A DNA stretch of 32,000 nt from the NCBI RefSeq assembly GCF_000186885.1, contig NC_014972.1:2730001-2762000 (forward strand), in the 5' to 3' direction. Shown piece after piece: positions 8,935 to 17,342 of this stretch (its first letter is position 1; each line of letters opens with the position of its first letter). The notes below the pieces were generated by a model. It searched no databases. It worked only from the letters and a program-made list of their open reading frames with translations, and was not told where the DNA came from. A program made the position numbers and the translations under genes. Source of the DNA: Desulfobulbus propionicus DSM 2032. Lineage in GTDB: Bacteria; Desulfobacterota; Desulfobulbia; Desulfobulbales; Desulfobulbaceae.

Positions 8935-9744
8935 TCAATCAACCTGTTCAATCGTGAAATGCGGCGGCGGATCAAGACGAAAGGTCGCCGCCTCCAGAAG
9001 GGTGTGCGAATAGACTCGTTCCACCTGGATGGTCAGGGTGCCGGTGATTGCCTCCCCGCTGATGCGCACGGTTCCGGGCCAGCGGTAGCCGCTTTGCGCC
9101 TCTCTGGTCGAGTCGGCGTAGCGCAGTTCCAGAAGTTCCTCTCCCTGTGGGTCCATCAACAGGTGACAGCGCATCTCGCCGCTTTGCCTCGCCAGCAGGA
9201 CATGATGGCGCATCGCCCGGTCGTCCTGCCAAGTGTACCAAAAATCCTCACCGGAGGCGTCTTGCGCGGGCGCGGCGTTTTTGCCCTGCCCCGCGTTGAC
9301 AAAGCCGCCAAGCAAGGCGAACAGATCCGCCGGGGCCACGGCTTCGGGCACGTACTCCTGCCAAAATTTTGAATCGGTTCGTCCCCGGTACGCGTGACCG
9401 ATCCGGCTGTCCACCATGGTGAAGGTGGTGCCGTCGGAAACGGCGAGCAACAACGACCGCCCCAAGGGATCGCTGGCGGCAAAGCGAAGCAGCGCCGGTT
9501 GCTGCACTTGCAGGCTCGCCGCAATGGCGCCCTTGCTGCCGAGCACATCCCAACTTAGCCGAATATCGGCATCAACGGCCGACGGTCGTTTGCTTTCAAG
9601 GAAGGCCGACCACAGGGTCGTGGCCTCCTGCTCCCGCTCAGGCGACAAGGGCAGGGTCTGGGGCAATTTGCCGGCACAGCCGGCAAGCAGGAGCAGGCAA
9701 CAGCACAGCCCCCAGCGGAGATAGTTGTCAACATGCACCGGCAT
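8935..9744 (-). CDS. outer-membrane lipoprotein, LolB-like/DUF4292-like (putative)
   Basis: The lipoprotein signal is MPVHVDNYLRWGLCCCLLLLAGC-AGK. The core PALLRFAASDPLGRSLLLAVSDGTTFTMVD resembles the LolB/DUF4292 beta-barrel pattern. Its ATG (9744-9742) shares one base with the TGA of the upstream TPR gene (TGATG). Confidence 0.6.
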   Translation of the reverse strand: MPVHVDNYLRWGLCCCLLLLAGCAGKLPQTLPLSPEREQEATTLWSAFLESKRPSAVDADIRLSWDVLGSKGAIAASLQVQQPALLRFAASDPLGRSLLLAVSDGTTFTMVDSRIGHAYRGRTDSKFWQEYVPEAVAPADLFALLGGFVNAGQGKNAAPAQDASGEDFWYTWQDDRAMRHHVLLARQSGEMRCHLLMDPQGEELLELRYADSTREAQSGYRWPGTVRISGEAITGTLTIQVERVYSHTLLEAATFRLDPPPHFTIEQVD

Positions 9745-11489
9745 CAAGGTGTTCCCTGTTTCCCCAGGATGCGGATCTTCTCCTGGATACGCTTCTTTTC
9801 CTGTTGGTCTGTCGAGTGTTTCACGGCCTTTTTATAGGTCTGCAACGCCTCCCGTACCCGGCCGCTTTCCAGGTAGACGTCACCGAGGTGCTCAAGAATG
9901 GCGGCATCGTTCGGAGAAAGTCGGACGGCAGCCTCCAGCTCTTTGATCGCCTGATCGAGCCGGCCGAGCCGGTAGTACACCCAGCCCAGACTGTCCCGGA
10001 TATATCCGTTGTCCGGTTTGAGCTCAATCGCCCGCTGGATATAGTCCAGGGCCTGATCCAGATTGACCTGCTTGTCGGCCCAGCTGTAGCCGACGAAATT
10101 CAGGGCCGCGGCGTTGTCCGGCTTGATTTCGATGATTTTCTGCATGATCGCCAGGGCACCGGCATGATCGCCCTCTTCTTCCAGCAGCAAACCGTATTCG
10201 TACAGCAGATTTTCGTCATTGGGAAACCCCTCGATGCCTTCGAGCAGCACCTGTTTGCTCAGATCATCGCGGCCCAGATCCTGATAGAGGGCCGCGAGCA
10301 GGATGTACATCTCGGCATTGCGGGTGTCGGCGGCAGCGATATGCTCTTCGAGCAGCTGCTTGGCTTCCGCCAGCTTGTTTTGTTCACGCAGTATGCGCAC
10401 CTGGAGAAACAGGGCATCGAGGTATTCAGGCGCCTCGCGGTCGATCTGCCGGACCTGCCGCAATGCCCGGCCATATTTTTCCTGTTGGACAAACAGCACG
10501 GCCAGAAAATATCTGGCCTCGGACAGATTCTCCTTGTGCAAGATCTTCTCGACGATCGCCACCGCCTTGTCATATTTTTTCTGCTTGGCATACAGACGGG
10601 CGATGGTCAGATCGACCCGCTGGGGCTGCTCGGCATAGGATTTCAGCCGGTTGAGTTCCTCCAGGGCCTGATCGTCCTTTTTTTGCAACAGATACACATG
10701 AATCAGGGCAACGCGGGCCCCTTCGTTCTGTTCGTCCCGCTCGATAATGTCCCGATACAGGCGCACAGCCTCGTCATGCTGGCCCGCTTTGACATACAGC
10801 TCGCCCAGCTCCATCTGCAATTCGCTTGACCAGTTCCGCTCCAGGGCCTTTGTGTAATGCTCGATCGCTTCTTCGGGGAGTGCCTGTAGTTGGCAGAGGC
10901 GTGCCATGAGCACATGGGCAAGATAGGCGGCCGGATCTTGGGCAAGAATCCGCTCCAAAAGCGGCCGCGCCCGTTCCGGCTGATTGGCGTTCAGGTACAT
11001 TTCCGCCAGCAACAGCAGAATGGCCGGGTCGTCGGGATGCCGATCACTGATCAGCTGGTACTGGCGCATGGCCTCGGCGTTCTTTTTCTGACGGAGGAGA
11101 ACCTTGGCGTACAGCATGCGCATCCCGGTCTTGTCGGGATGTTTTTCCAAGTAGTTGTGCAGCCAGGTCGCCGCCTCGTCGGTCCGATCCAGGCGCAGGA
11201 GGAGAATCGGCACCTTTTCGCTGATGTAATCGGCCTGCTCGTCACAAATTAGCGCCTTTTGGTAAAATTCCAACGCCTCCTCGAAACGGAGCATTAACTC
11301 GGCGTGCCGTCCCCAGAGAAAATGAAAGGTGGAACACGCTCGATCAGAGCCGTTCTCGCTCAGGGTCGAGACCTGTTCCACCTTGCCCTCGACGGCCACC
11401 TCGGTCTTTGCCTGACAACCGCCGAGGAGCAGAGAGGCGATAACAACGGCCAATAGTCGACAGGGATGGGCAGGGGTCAGCGGGGGCAT
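9744..11489 (-). CDS. TPR-repeat lipoprotein
   Basis: It contains many 34-aa TPR units (for example AEAMRQYQLISDRHPDDPAILLLLAEMYL and GRVREALQTYKKAVKH). From ATG 11489 the N-terminus is MPPLTPAHPCRLLAVVIASLLLGGC-QAK, which has a lipobox. The track ORF start at 11585 is a TTG inside tmk. Confidence 0.75.
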   Translation of the reverse strand: MPPLTPAHPCRLLAVVIASLLLGGCQAKTEVAVEGKVEQVSTLSENGSDRACSTFHFLWGRHAELMLRFEEALEFYQKALICDEQADYISEKVPILLLRLDRTDEAATWLHNYLEKHPDKTGMRMLYAKVLLRQKKNAEAMRQYQLISDRHPDDPAILLLLAEMYLNANQPERARPLLERILAQDPAAYLAHVLMARLCQLQALPEEAIEHYTKALERNWSSELQMELGELYVKAGQHDEAVRLYRDIIERDEQNEGARVALIHVYLLQKKDDQALEELNRLKSYAEQPQRVDLTIARLYAKQKKYDKAVAIVEKILHKENLSEARYFLAVLFVQQEKYGRALRQVRQIDREAPEYLDALFLQVRILREQNKLAEAKQLLEEHIAAADTRNAEMYILLAALYQDLGRDDLSKQVLLEGIEGFPNDENLLYEYGLLLEEEGDHAGALAIMQKIIEIKPDNAAALNFVGYSWADKQVNLDQALDYIQRAIELKPDNGYIRDSLGWVYYRLGRLDQAIKELEAAVRLSPNDAAILEHLGDVYLESGRVREALQTYKKAVKHSTDQQEKKRIQEKIRILGKQGTP

Positions 11490-12097
11490 TGCGTACCTTT
11501 TTGTGCAAGCAGTTGCGCAACCGCCTCGCGGATGGAGGCATGCACCTCGGCAACCGTTCGGGCGGCATGGATGCGTACTATACAATCATGGGTAAAGGAT
11601 GCAAAGAGCGCCGCCACTTTTTCCAACTGTTCCTGCTGCTCGAAATCGTTGAGCATCTCGCCTCGCAGTTCCCTGATCCGGGTAACGCTCTCTGAGGGGG
11701 TTTGCGTCAGCAGCAGCACCAGATCCGGTTCCGGAGCAAAGCCGTGGCGGGCAAAAATGGCCGCCGGATCGCACCCGGCCGCGCCCTGATAGGCCGCGGT
11801 GGAAAAATAATAGCGATCGGTGAGCACGATCGCTCCGCGGGCCAGGGCTGGTTTGATGCACTGCTCCACATGCTGGCGCCGATCGAGCAGGAACAGCTCC
11901 AGCTCCTGTTCGGGCGAAGCCTGATGCCGATTGCGATACAGGAGGCGAATTTGTTGTCCATACGGCCCATCGGTGGGCTCCCGGGTCTCAACCACCGTGT
12001 AACCTTGTCCTCGCAGGTAGGCGGCCAACAGGGGCAGCTGGGTTGATTTGCCGGTCCCGTCGATGCCCTCAAAGGCGATCAGGATGCCGCCGCTCAT
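11477..12097 (-). CDS. tmk: thymidylate kinase
   Basis: The P-loop is IAFEGIDGTGKSTQ, and the DRY motif and length are typical. The ATG overlaps the pdxA stop (ATGA at 12094-12097). Confidence 0.9.
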   Translation of the reverse strand: MSGGILIAFEGIDGTGKSTQLPLLAAYLRGQGYTVVETREPTDGPYGQQIRLLYRNRHQASPEQELELFLLDRRQHVEQCIKPALARGAIVLTDRYYFSTAAYQGAAGCDPAAIFARHGFAPEPDLVLLLTQTPSESVTRIRELRGEMLNDFEQQEQLEKVAALFASFTHDCIVRIHAARTVAEVHASIREAVAQLLAQKGTQCPR

Positions 12098-13113
12098 GCT
12101 GCCCTGCCTCGCCGGTTGGCGACAATGGTCTGGGCCAGGGCCAGGGCGGCCGCCAGGCTGGTTGGATCGGCCATGTTGCGGCCGGCGATGTCGTAGGCCG
12201 TTCCGTGATCAACCGAGGTCCGGACAATCGGCAGGCCAAGGGTGACGTTGACCCCGTCGGCAAAGTGAAGCAGCTTGAAGGGAATCAGTCCCTGGTCGTG
12301 GTACATGGCGATCACCGCATCGAACCGACCGCTGGCCGCCTTGTGGAAGATCGTATCCGGCGGCCAGGGGCCACTGACCTCGCCGCTGTCCTGGCATTGC
12401 GCCACTGCCGGGGCAATCAGCCGCGCTTCCTCATCGCCAAACAGCCCTTGTTCGCTGCCATGGGGATTGAAGCCGGCGACCGCGATTCTGGGGTTGGCGA
12501 TGGCAAAATCACGTCGTAAGCATTCCCGGGTCATTCGGATACAGTCGGCGATCTCCTTGTAGGTGAGCAGGCCGGGCACCTCACGCAGGGCCACATGGAT
12601 GGTCACCAGCACAACCTTCAACCGGGGGCCGGCCATCATCATCCGCACCTTGGCGGTACTGGTCAGGGCCGCCAGCATCTCGGTATGGCCGGGGTAGGGA
12701 TAACCGGCTTGCTGCAAACTCTGCTTGCTGATCGGGCAGGTGACGAGGGCGCTGCAATGACCGTCGGCAATCAGGCGGACCGCTTCTTCGATGTATCGCC
12801 CCATGGCCTGGCCGGTAGCCGCATCCGGCCTACCCCACTCGATCGGCGTGGAGAGCGGCGCCCCCACTTGAAGGACCGGCAAGGTTTGCGGGTCGATCGC
12901 TTCGCCGGGCCGCCAGCGCACAATGGTCAACGGCATGCCCAGCTGTTCGGCAGCCTGACGGAGCACGCCCAGATCTCCGACCACCACGCCGCGTCCGGCG
13001 GCCGGCCGATCGGCGAGGTGAAAGAGACGACAGAGAATCTCCGGTCCGATACCCGCCGGGCATCCCATGGTGATGGCCACGGGGGATGAAATACTCGTGG
13101 TTGCTGAAGGCAT
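12094..13113 (-). CDS. pdxA: 4-hydroxythreonine-4-phosphate dehydrogenase
   Basis: PdxA signatures are present: ITMGCPAGIGPEI, GHTEMLA, AMYHDQGLIPFK and VDHGTAYDIAG. Confidence 0.9.
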   Translation of the reverse strand: MPSATTSISSPVAITMGCPAGIGPEILCRLFHLADRPAAGRGVVVGDLGVLRQAAEQLGMPLTIVRWRPGEAIDPQTLPVLQVGAPLSTPIEWGRPDAATGQAMGRYIEEAVRLIADGHCSALVTCPISKQSLQQAGYPYPGHTEMLAALTSTAKVRMMMAGPRLKVVLVTIHVALREVPGLLTYKEIADCIRMTRECLRRDFAIANPRIAVAGFNPHGSEQGLFGDEEARLIAPAVAQCQDSGEVSGPWPPDTIFHKAASGRFDAVIAMYHDQGLIPFKLLHFADGVNVTLGLPIVRTSVDHGTAYDIAGRNMADPTSLAAALALAQTIVANRRGRAA

Positions 13114-13122
13114 GGCGTGTCC

Positions 13123-13509
13123 TCAGAGGGCAAAATCAAAAGCGTTTTGTATGTGCTCGATGGTAGCGGGCCGGGAATCCCGGTGAATCCGCACAGCGAT
13201 GACATCGAAGCGGGCCGTGCTGTCCCCCAGGTGGTGCCTGTGCAGATACTCCTGGGCGACACGCGAAAGCTGCCGCTGCTTGCGTCCGTCCACCGCCTCC
13301 AAAGGGGAGCCGAACGCCGTGGAATGGCGGCTCTTCACCTCGACGAACACCACTGTTTCCCCATCCTGAGCAATGATGTCGATTTCTCCGAACGGCCTGC
13401 GATAATTGCGGGCGACGATCCGATAGCCAAGCCGGAGCAGATACTCCTGGGCCAACTCCTCCCCTTGCCGACCGACGACGACTGTCGCTTGTTTGTTCTT
13501 CAAAAACAT
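13123..13509 (-). CDS. yraN: YraN-family (UPF0102) endonuclease-like protein
   Basis: GEELAQEYLLRLGYRIVARNYRRPFGEIDIIAQDGETVVFVEVKSR is the classic YraN core. The first true ATG is at 13509; the track start at 13530 is a TTG. Confidence 0.85.
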   Translation of the reverse strand: MFLKNKQATVVVGRQGEELAQEYLLRLGYRIVARNYRRPFGEIDIIAQDGETVVFVEVKSRHSTAFGSPLEAVDGRKQRQLSRVAQEYLHRHHLGDSTARFDVIAVRIHRDSRPATIEHIQNAFDFAL

Positions 13510-13545
13510 TCCCGGCACCAACAATTGCAAGCGAAGGCGAGCCTG

Positions 13546-14220
13546 TCACCCATGGTGCAGAAACTCGGTAACCCCGCGAAAGGTCCGACGGTGCAACGGA
13601 CATGGGCCATGGTTCCTGATTGCTTCCCGATGCGCCTTGGTCGGATAGCCCTGGTGGCGATCAAACCCATACTGGGGAAACAGGGCATGGGCGTCGGCCA
13701 TCATCCTGTCCCTGGTCACCTTGGCGACAATCGAGGCCGCGGCGATGGAAGCGCTCTTTGATTCGCCCTTAACCAAGGTCCGCTGCCCCACGGGCACCGG
13801 CACCTCGAACCTCCCGTCAACTAGCAGAAAATCGGGCACGCCGCCGGGAGGCACCTGGCCGCACGCCTCCATGGCCCTTTTCATCGCCAACAACGACGCC
13901 TGAAGAATGTTGACCTGTTCGATTTCCCGGGGGCTGGCCTCGCCGACACCAATCCGGGCACCATTGGTGGAAAGCAGCTCAAACAGTCGCTCTCGCTGCC
14001 GACGCGTCAGGGTCTTGGAATCAACATAGGGCGTGAAGTCGCCATCCGCTGGCAGGATGACACAGGCTGCGACCACCGGACCGGCCAACGGTCCCCTCCC
14101 AGCCTCGTCAACACCAGCTACCCTAGCAAATCCCTGGCGCTGCAGTTGTCGTTCGAAATAGAAGGTATCGGTGTGGGGGGAAAACGGAAGCAGATCGGCA
14201 AAAAGGGTGCGAGGATTCAT
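13546..14220 (-). CDS. rnhB: ribonuclease HII
   Basis: VAGVDEAGRGPLAGPVVAA carries the catalytic DEAGRG motif, and LLVDG and HRRTF are also present. ATG at 14220 gives a normal-length N-terminus. The longer track ORF (to 14370) would run through the rplS terminator hairpin. Confidence 0.85.
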   Translation of the reverse strand: MNPRTLFADLLPFSPHTDTFYFERQLQRQGFARVAGVDEAGRGPLAGPVVAACVILPADGDFTPYVDSKTLTRRQRERLFELLSTNGARIGVGEASPREIEQVNILQASLLAMKRAMEACGQVPPGGVPDFLLVDGRFEVPVPVGQRTLVKGESKSASIAAASIVAKVTRDRMMADAHALFPQYGFDRHQGYPTKAHREAIRNHGPCPLHRRTFRGVTEFLHHG

Positions 14221-14281
14221 ATCGCCATGGGCACGAGGATGGCGTTGAGGGGGCGGGAAGAAGTTCCCAAATGGAAGAAAG

Positions 14282-14319
14282 AGACATATCCGGGCGTCAC
14301 GCAGAGCCCGGATATGTCT
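14282..14319 (-). terminator. perfect 14-bp hairpin after rplS; likely intrinsic terminator/attenuator splitting the ribosomal operon from rnhB
   Basis: AGACATATCCGGGC (14282-14295) pairs with GCCCGGATATGTCT (14306-14319) around a 10-nt loop. On the minus strand the stem is followed by CTTTCTTCCATTT. It sits 66 nt after the rplS stop and 62 nt before the rnhB ATG. Confidence 0.55.
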
Positions 14320-14384
14320 GTGTCGACGGCACTGGCACGAGGATCTGGGGAAACCCTCGCGCCTGCGCAACGTTTTTCTTTTTC

Positions 14385-14738
14385 TTACAGAATGCCCCGC
14401 TCGCGAATTCGTGCGGCTTTGCCACGACGCTCGCGCAGATAGTAGAGACGCGACCGGCGTACCCGACCAAGGGTCACCATCTCAATCTTTTCGATCCGCG
14501 GAGAATGGAGCGCAAAGGTTTTCTCCACGCCAACGCCGTGGGAAATTTTACGGACAGTGAAAGTTGCGTTCATGGTGCCGCGTTTCCGCTTGATCACTAC
14601 TCCTTGAAACACCTGCACACGCTCCTTGTTGCCCTCAATGATCCGGATGTGCACCTTGATGGTATCGCCGGGTCGAAATTGGGGGATATCAAAACGCATC
14701 TGCTCCAGGTCAATCTTATCCAAGATATTCATCGCCAT
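14385..14738 (-). CDS. rplS: 50S ribosomal protein L19
   Basis: [13 protein letters not shown]...[26 protein letters not shown] is the canonical L19 sequence. The start could be ATG 14738 or ATG 14732. Confidence 0.95.
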   Translation of the reverse strand: MAMNILDKIDLEQMRFDIPQFRPGDTIKVHIRIIEGNKERVQVFQGVVIKRKRGTMNATFTVRKISHGVGVEKTFALHSPRIEKIEMVTLGRVRRSRLYYLRERRGKAARIRERGIL

Positions 14739-14821
14739 ATTCGTTGCTTTACGGCAGGGGGGAGTCCCATTTTCGTCACCCAGCCGATGGATGCCTCCAA
14801 ATCATCCAGAAATAAAACCAT

Positions 14822-15451
14822 CTAATCACTTAAATATTGACTGCAGTTGTCAGCTCTCTCCGACTCCTGCCTTCTTGTCGAACTCTGCCCACACCCCTCG
14901 GGCATGCCAAGCAATCTGTCCATGATAATGGAAGCGGCTGAACGCACGGACAGATGATTGAATTCGGTATTGCCGCACAACGGCGGCAAGATGCCATCCG
15001 CCATGGCCAACACTTCGGGGCTCAGGCCCCAAGCGGTGCCGAACAGCAGTAGGACAGGCCGATCTTCCCGCCATATTTGCCTGCGGATCTCGGCATAGCC
15101 CACGGTATGCACTTGTTTGGCGCAGGTGGCGAGCACCAGGGGCGTAGCGCCGAATTGTCTGGTCGCCCCGTTGATCGCCTCTTCAATCGTCGCGCAGACC
15201 GTGATAAGCGAAAGGGCTTCGCTTCGGTCGGGATTGACGCTGCCGCCGTACCCCTGAGTCCAATGTCCAACGATCTGGCGAGCCAACAGCTGTTGCTCCT
15301 CAAAAGGGGTAACCACCCAATAGGTGCCAATGCCGTAGGTGCGGCCAGCCCGGGCGATATCATGCAGATCGAGGTTGGTGACCGCCGAGCCAATCGTTTC
15401 ACCGCTGCGGTTGATCACGGGGAAATGCACCAAGGCAAGATCAACCTTCAT
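14822..15451 (-). CDS. predicted SAM-dependent RNA methyltransferase (Methyltrn_RNA_4/SPOUT-like) embedded in the trmD-rplS operon
   Basis: MKVDLALVHFPVINRSGETIGSAVTNLDLHDIARAGRTYGI matches the conserved N-terminus of this family. Its position between trmD and rplS is conserved. Its ATG overlaps the trmD stop (ATGA at 15448-15451). Confidence 0.7.
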   Translation of the reverse strand: MKVDLALVHFPVINRSGETIGSAVTNLDLHDIARAGRTYGIGTYWVVTPFEEQQLLARQIVGHWTQGYGGSVNPDRSEALSLITVCATIEEAINGATRQFGATPLVLATCAKQVHTVGYAEIRRQIWREDRPVLLLFGTAWGLSPEVLAMADGILPPLCGNTEFNHLSVRSAASIIMDRLLGMPEGCGQSSTRRQESERADNCSQYLSD

Positions 15452-16224
15452 TGCGGGCTTTGGCTCCTCTGCTGCCTGACAAGAGACTGTATTCGTTCAA
15501 GCAGTCCTGTCTGCCGCAAAATTTTTTGCTCGCCCGGTGAGAACTCGACAGTTGCCAGCAGATCCGGTCGGCGATCCAAGGTAAGCTGAACCGATTCCAC
15601 AAACCTGTGGCGAGCAATGGCTGCATGGTCACCGGACAGGAGAACCTCAGGAACCGGCAACTCTTCAAAAATTCGTGGTCTCGTGTACTGTTTGTGCTTT
15701 AGCAGGCCACAGCTAAAGCTCTCGTTGGTAACGGAATCACCGCAGCCGAGCACCCCTGGCAACAGGCGACAAACCGCATCCAGAACCACCAGGGCCGCTA
15801 ACTCGCCGCCAGTCAACACATAGTCGCCGATCGACAGTTCCTCGTCGACATACCTGTCACAAAAGCGCTCGTCGACCCCTTCATAGCGACCGCAAACAAA
15901 TAATAACTGATCGTACTCAGCCAGGCGCTCGGCCGCCGCTTGCCGGAACTGTTTTCCTTTCGGCGACAGCAAAATCACCCGAGACTCACCTTCATGGCGT
16001 CGGGCCGCCTGAACACAGGCGGCTAGGGGTTCTGGTTTCATCACCATCCCTTCGCCGCCGCCAAAGGGCCGATCATCGGTCATCCGATGACGGTCTACGG
16101 CAAAATCGCGCAGGTTATGCACCCTGACCCTAATTTTCCCGTCCGCCTGGGCGCGGCGGACAATGCCTTCCTGCAAGGGCGAGACAAAAAAATCGGGAAA
16201 GATGGTCAGGATGTCAAAATCCAT
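15448..16224 (-). CDS. trmD: tRNA (guanine37-N1)-methyltransferase
   Basis: MDFDILTIFPDFF...GGGEGMVMKPEPL...VCGRYEGVDER are TrmD signatures. ATG 16224 follows GAGGA. The longer track ORF (to 16380) overlaps rimM. Confidence 0.92.
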   Translation of the reverse strand: MDFDILTIFPDFFVSPLQEGIVRRAQADGKIRVRVHNLRDFAVDRHRMTDDRPFGGGEGMVMKPEPLAACVQAARRHEGESRVILLSPKGKQFRQAAAERLAEYDQLLFVCGRYEGVDERFCDRYVDEELSIGDYVLTGGELAALVVLDAVCRLLPGVLGCGDSVTNESFSCGLLKHKQYTRPRIFEELPVPEVLLSGDHAAIARHRFVESVQLTLDRRPDLLATVEFSPGEQKILRQTGLLERIQSLVRQQRSQSPQ

Positions 16225-16237
16225 CAATCCTTGATCC

Positions 16238-16780
16238 TCACGCCCTGTTGATGTCAAGTAGCCCGAGCGGCAGATCAAGGATGACCATGTTCTCGGTAAT
16301 GGAAACGATAAATGCCCCGACAACCGGAACAAGGTACTCTTCCCCGCCTTGGCGGATGACCAGGATATTCTGGCCGCCACCGGCTAGAAAGGTCTCCACC
16401 GTTCCCAATTCCTGGCCGTCCGTGGTTCTTGCCTGCTTGCCTTGAAGGCTATGCAGATAGAACTCGCCTGCCGCGGTCGGTGGCAGATCCTTGCTCGGCA
16501 CCCATATCAACATGCCGACAAGTTCCTCGGCCCGGTCGCGGTCCGTACATTCCTTCAATCGCAGGATGACCGAACTGCCGTTGACCCGTGCGAGGACGTT
16601 GGTAAATTCTAGCTTGGCCGACGACACATCGGATGCCAAAAAGAGCCGCCGATACCTGTTGAGATTTTCAGGTTTTTCGGTGAAGGAACGAATTTTCAAT
16701 TCGCCCCGGATGCCATGGGGTCGCGTTATCAACCCGAGCGCGACAAAGTCGTCACCCGTTCCCGATCCAGTTGACGCCAC
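16238..16780 (-). CDS. rimM: 16S rRNA processing protein RimM
   Basis: VALGLITRPHGIRGELKIRSFT is followed by a PRC-barrel C-terminus. The GTG start at 16780 overlaps the TAG of the upstream KH gene (TAGTG). Confidence 0.88.
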   Translation of the reverse strand: MASTGSGTGDDFVALGLITRPHGIRGELKIRSFTEKPENLNRYRRLFLASDVSSAKLEFTNVLARVNGSSVILRLKECTDRDRAEELVGMLIWVPSKDLPPTAAGEFYLHSLQGKQARTTDGQELGTVETFLAGGGQNILVIRQGGEEYLVPVVGAFIVSITENMVILDLPLGLLDINRA

Positions 16781-17010
16781 TATTCAACGATTTCAAGCCT
16801 GGTCCGCTTGCCGCCTTCGGTCACCGAAGCAGCAAGCACTGCGCGCATCGCCCTGGCGGTCCGCCCCTGTTTACCGATTACCTTGCCCAAATCTTCCTGG
16901 GCAACGCGCAGTTCAATGATGAGATTCTCCTCATCTTCCTGCTGGGTCACGGTGATCAAGTCAGGACGATCAACCAGTTTGGCGGCAATAAACTCAATCA
17001 GCTCTTTCAT
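16780..17010 (-). CDS. KH-domain RNA-binding protein (YlqC/UPF0109 family)
   Basis: The 76-aa protein carries VIGKQGRTARAMR (the GxxG KH loop). It occupies the conserved position between rpsP and rimM. Confidence 0.85.
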   Translation of the reverse strand: MKELIEFIAAKLVDRPDLITVTQQEDEENLIIELRVAQEDLGKVIGKQGRTARAMRAVLAASVTEGGKRTRLEIVE

Positions 17011-17268
17011 TTATGCCGCAACAACCACTCCCGGGACATGCTTCTTGATCAGGCTCTCGACGGTTTCGGTCGGTTTAGCTCCCTTTTTCATCCAGCTGTC
17101 AAGTTTCTCGTTGTCGATCGTCACGGCGGCTGGATTCTGCATCGGGTCGTAGGTGCCGACGATATCGAGAAATTTGCCATCGCGCGGCGCTTCGCTGTCA
17201 GCCACGACGATGCGGTAGAAGGGTTGTTTTTTCCGCCCTTTCCTGGTCAAACGAATACGAACTGCCAT
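17011..17268 (-). CDS. rpsP: 30S ribosomal protein S16
   Basis: [33 protein letters not shown] is the canonical S16 sequence. GGAGGA lies upstream. Confidence 0.95.
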   Translation of the reverse strand: MAVRIRLTRKGRKKQPFYRIVVADSEAPRDGKFLDIVGTYDPMQNPAAVTIDNEKLDSWMKKGAKPTETVESLIKKHVPGVVVAA

Positions 17269-17342
17269 TGTTGTCTATCCTCCGGTGGATAATGCTCCAG
17301 CAGAATCCCCTGCCGAGCGTGCTTGGTTAAAAGTATGAAAAT

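Noticed and set aside
13510-13530. N-terminal extensions in the ORF track for many genes, with track starts at 1864, 3259, 9747, 11585, 13530, 14370, 16380, 18728, 24415 and 25753.
   Set aside because: Where I checked the first codon it was TTG rather than ATG (1864, 3259, 9747, 11585, 13530). Most extensions overlap the upstream gene or a terminator and add non-conserved residues before a canonical family N-terminus. Internal ATG starts with better RBS or context were used instead. The start at 25753 is an ATG and remains a possible alternative for the Ca-motif gene.
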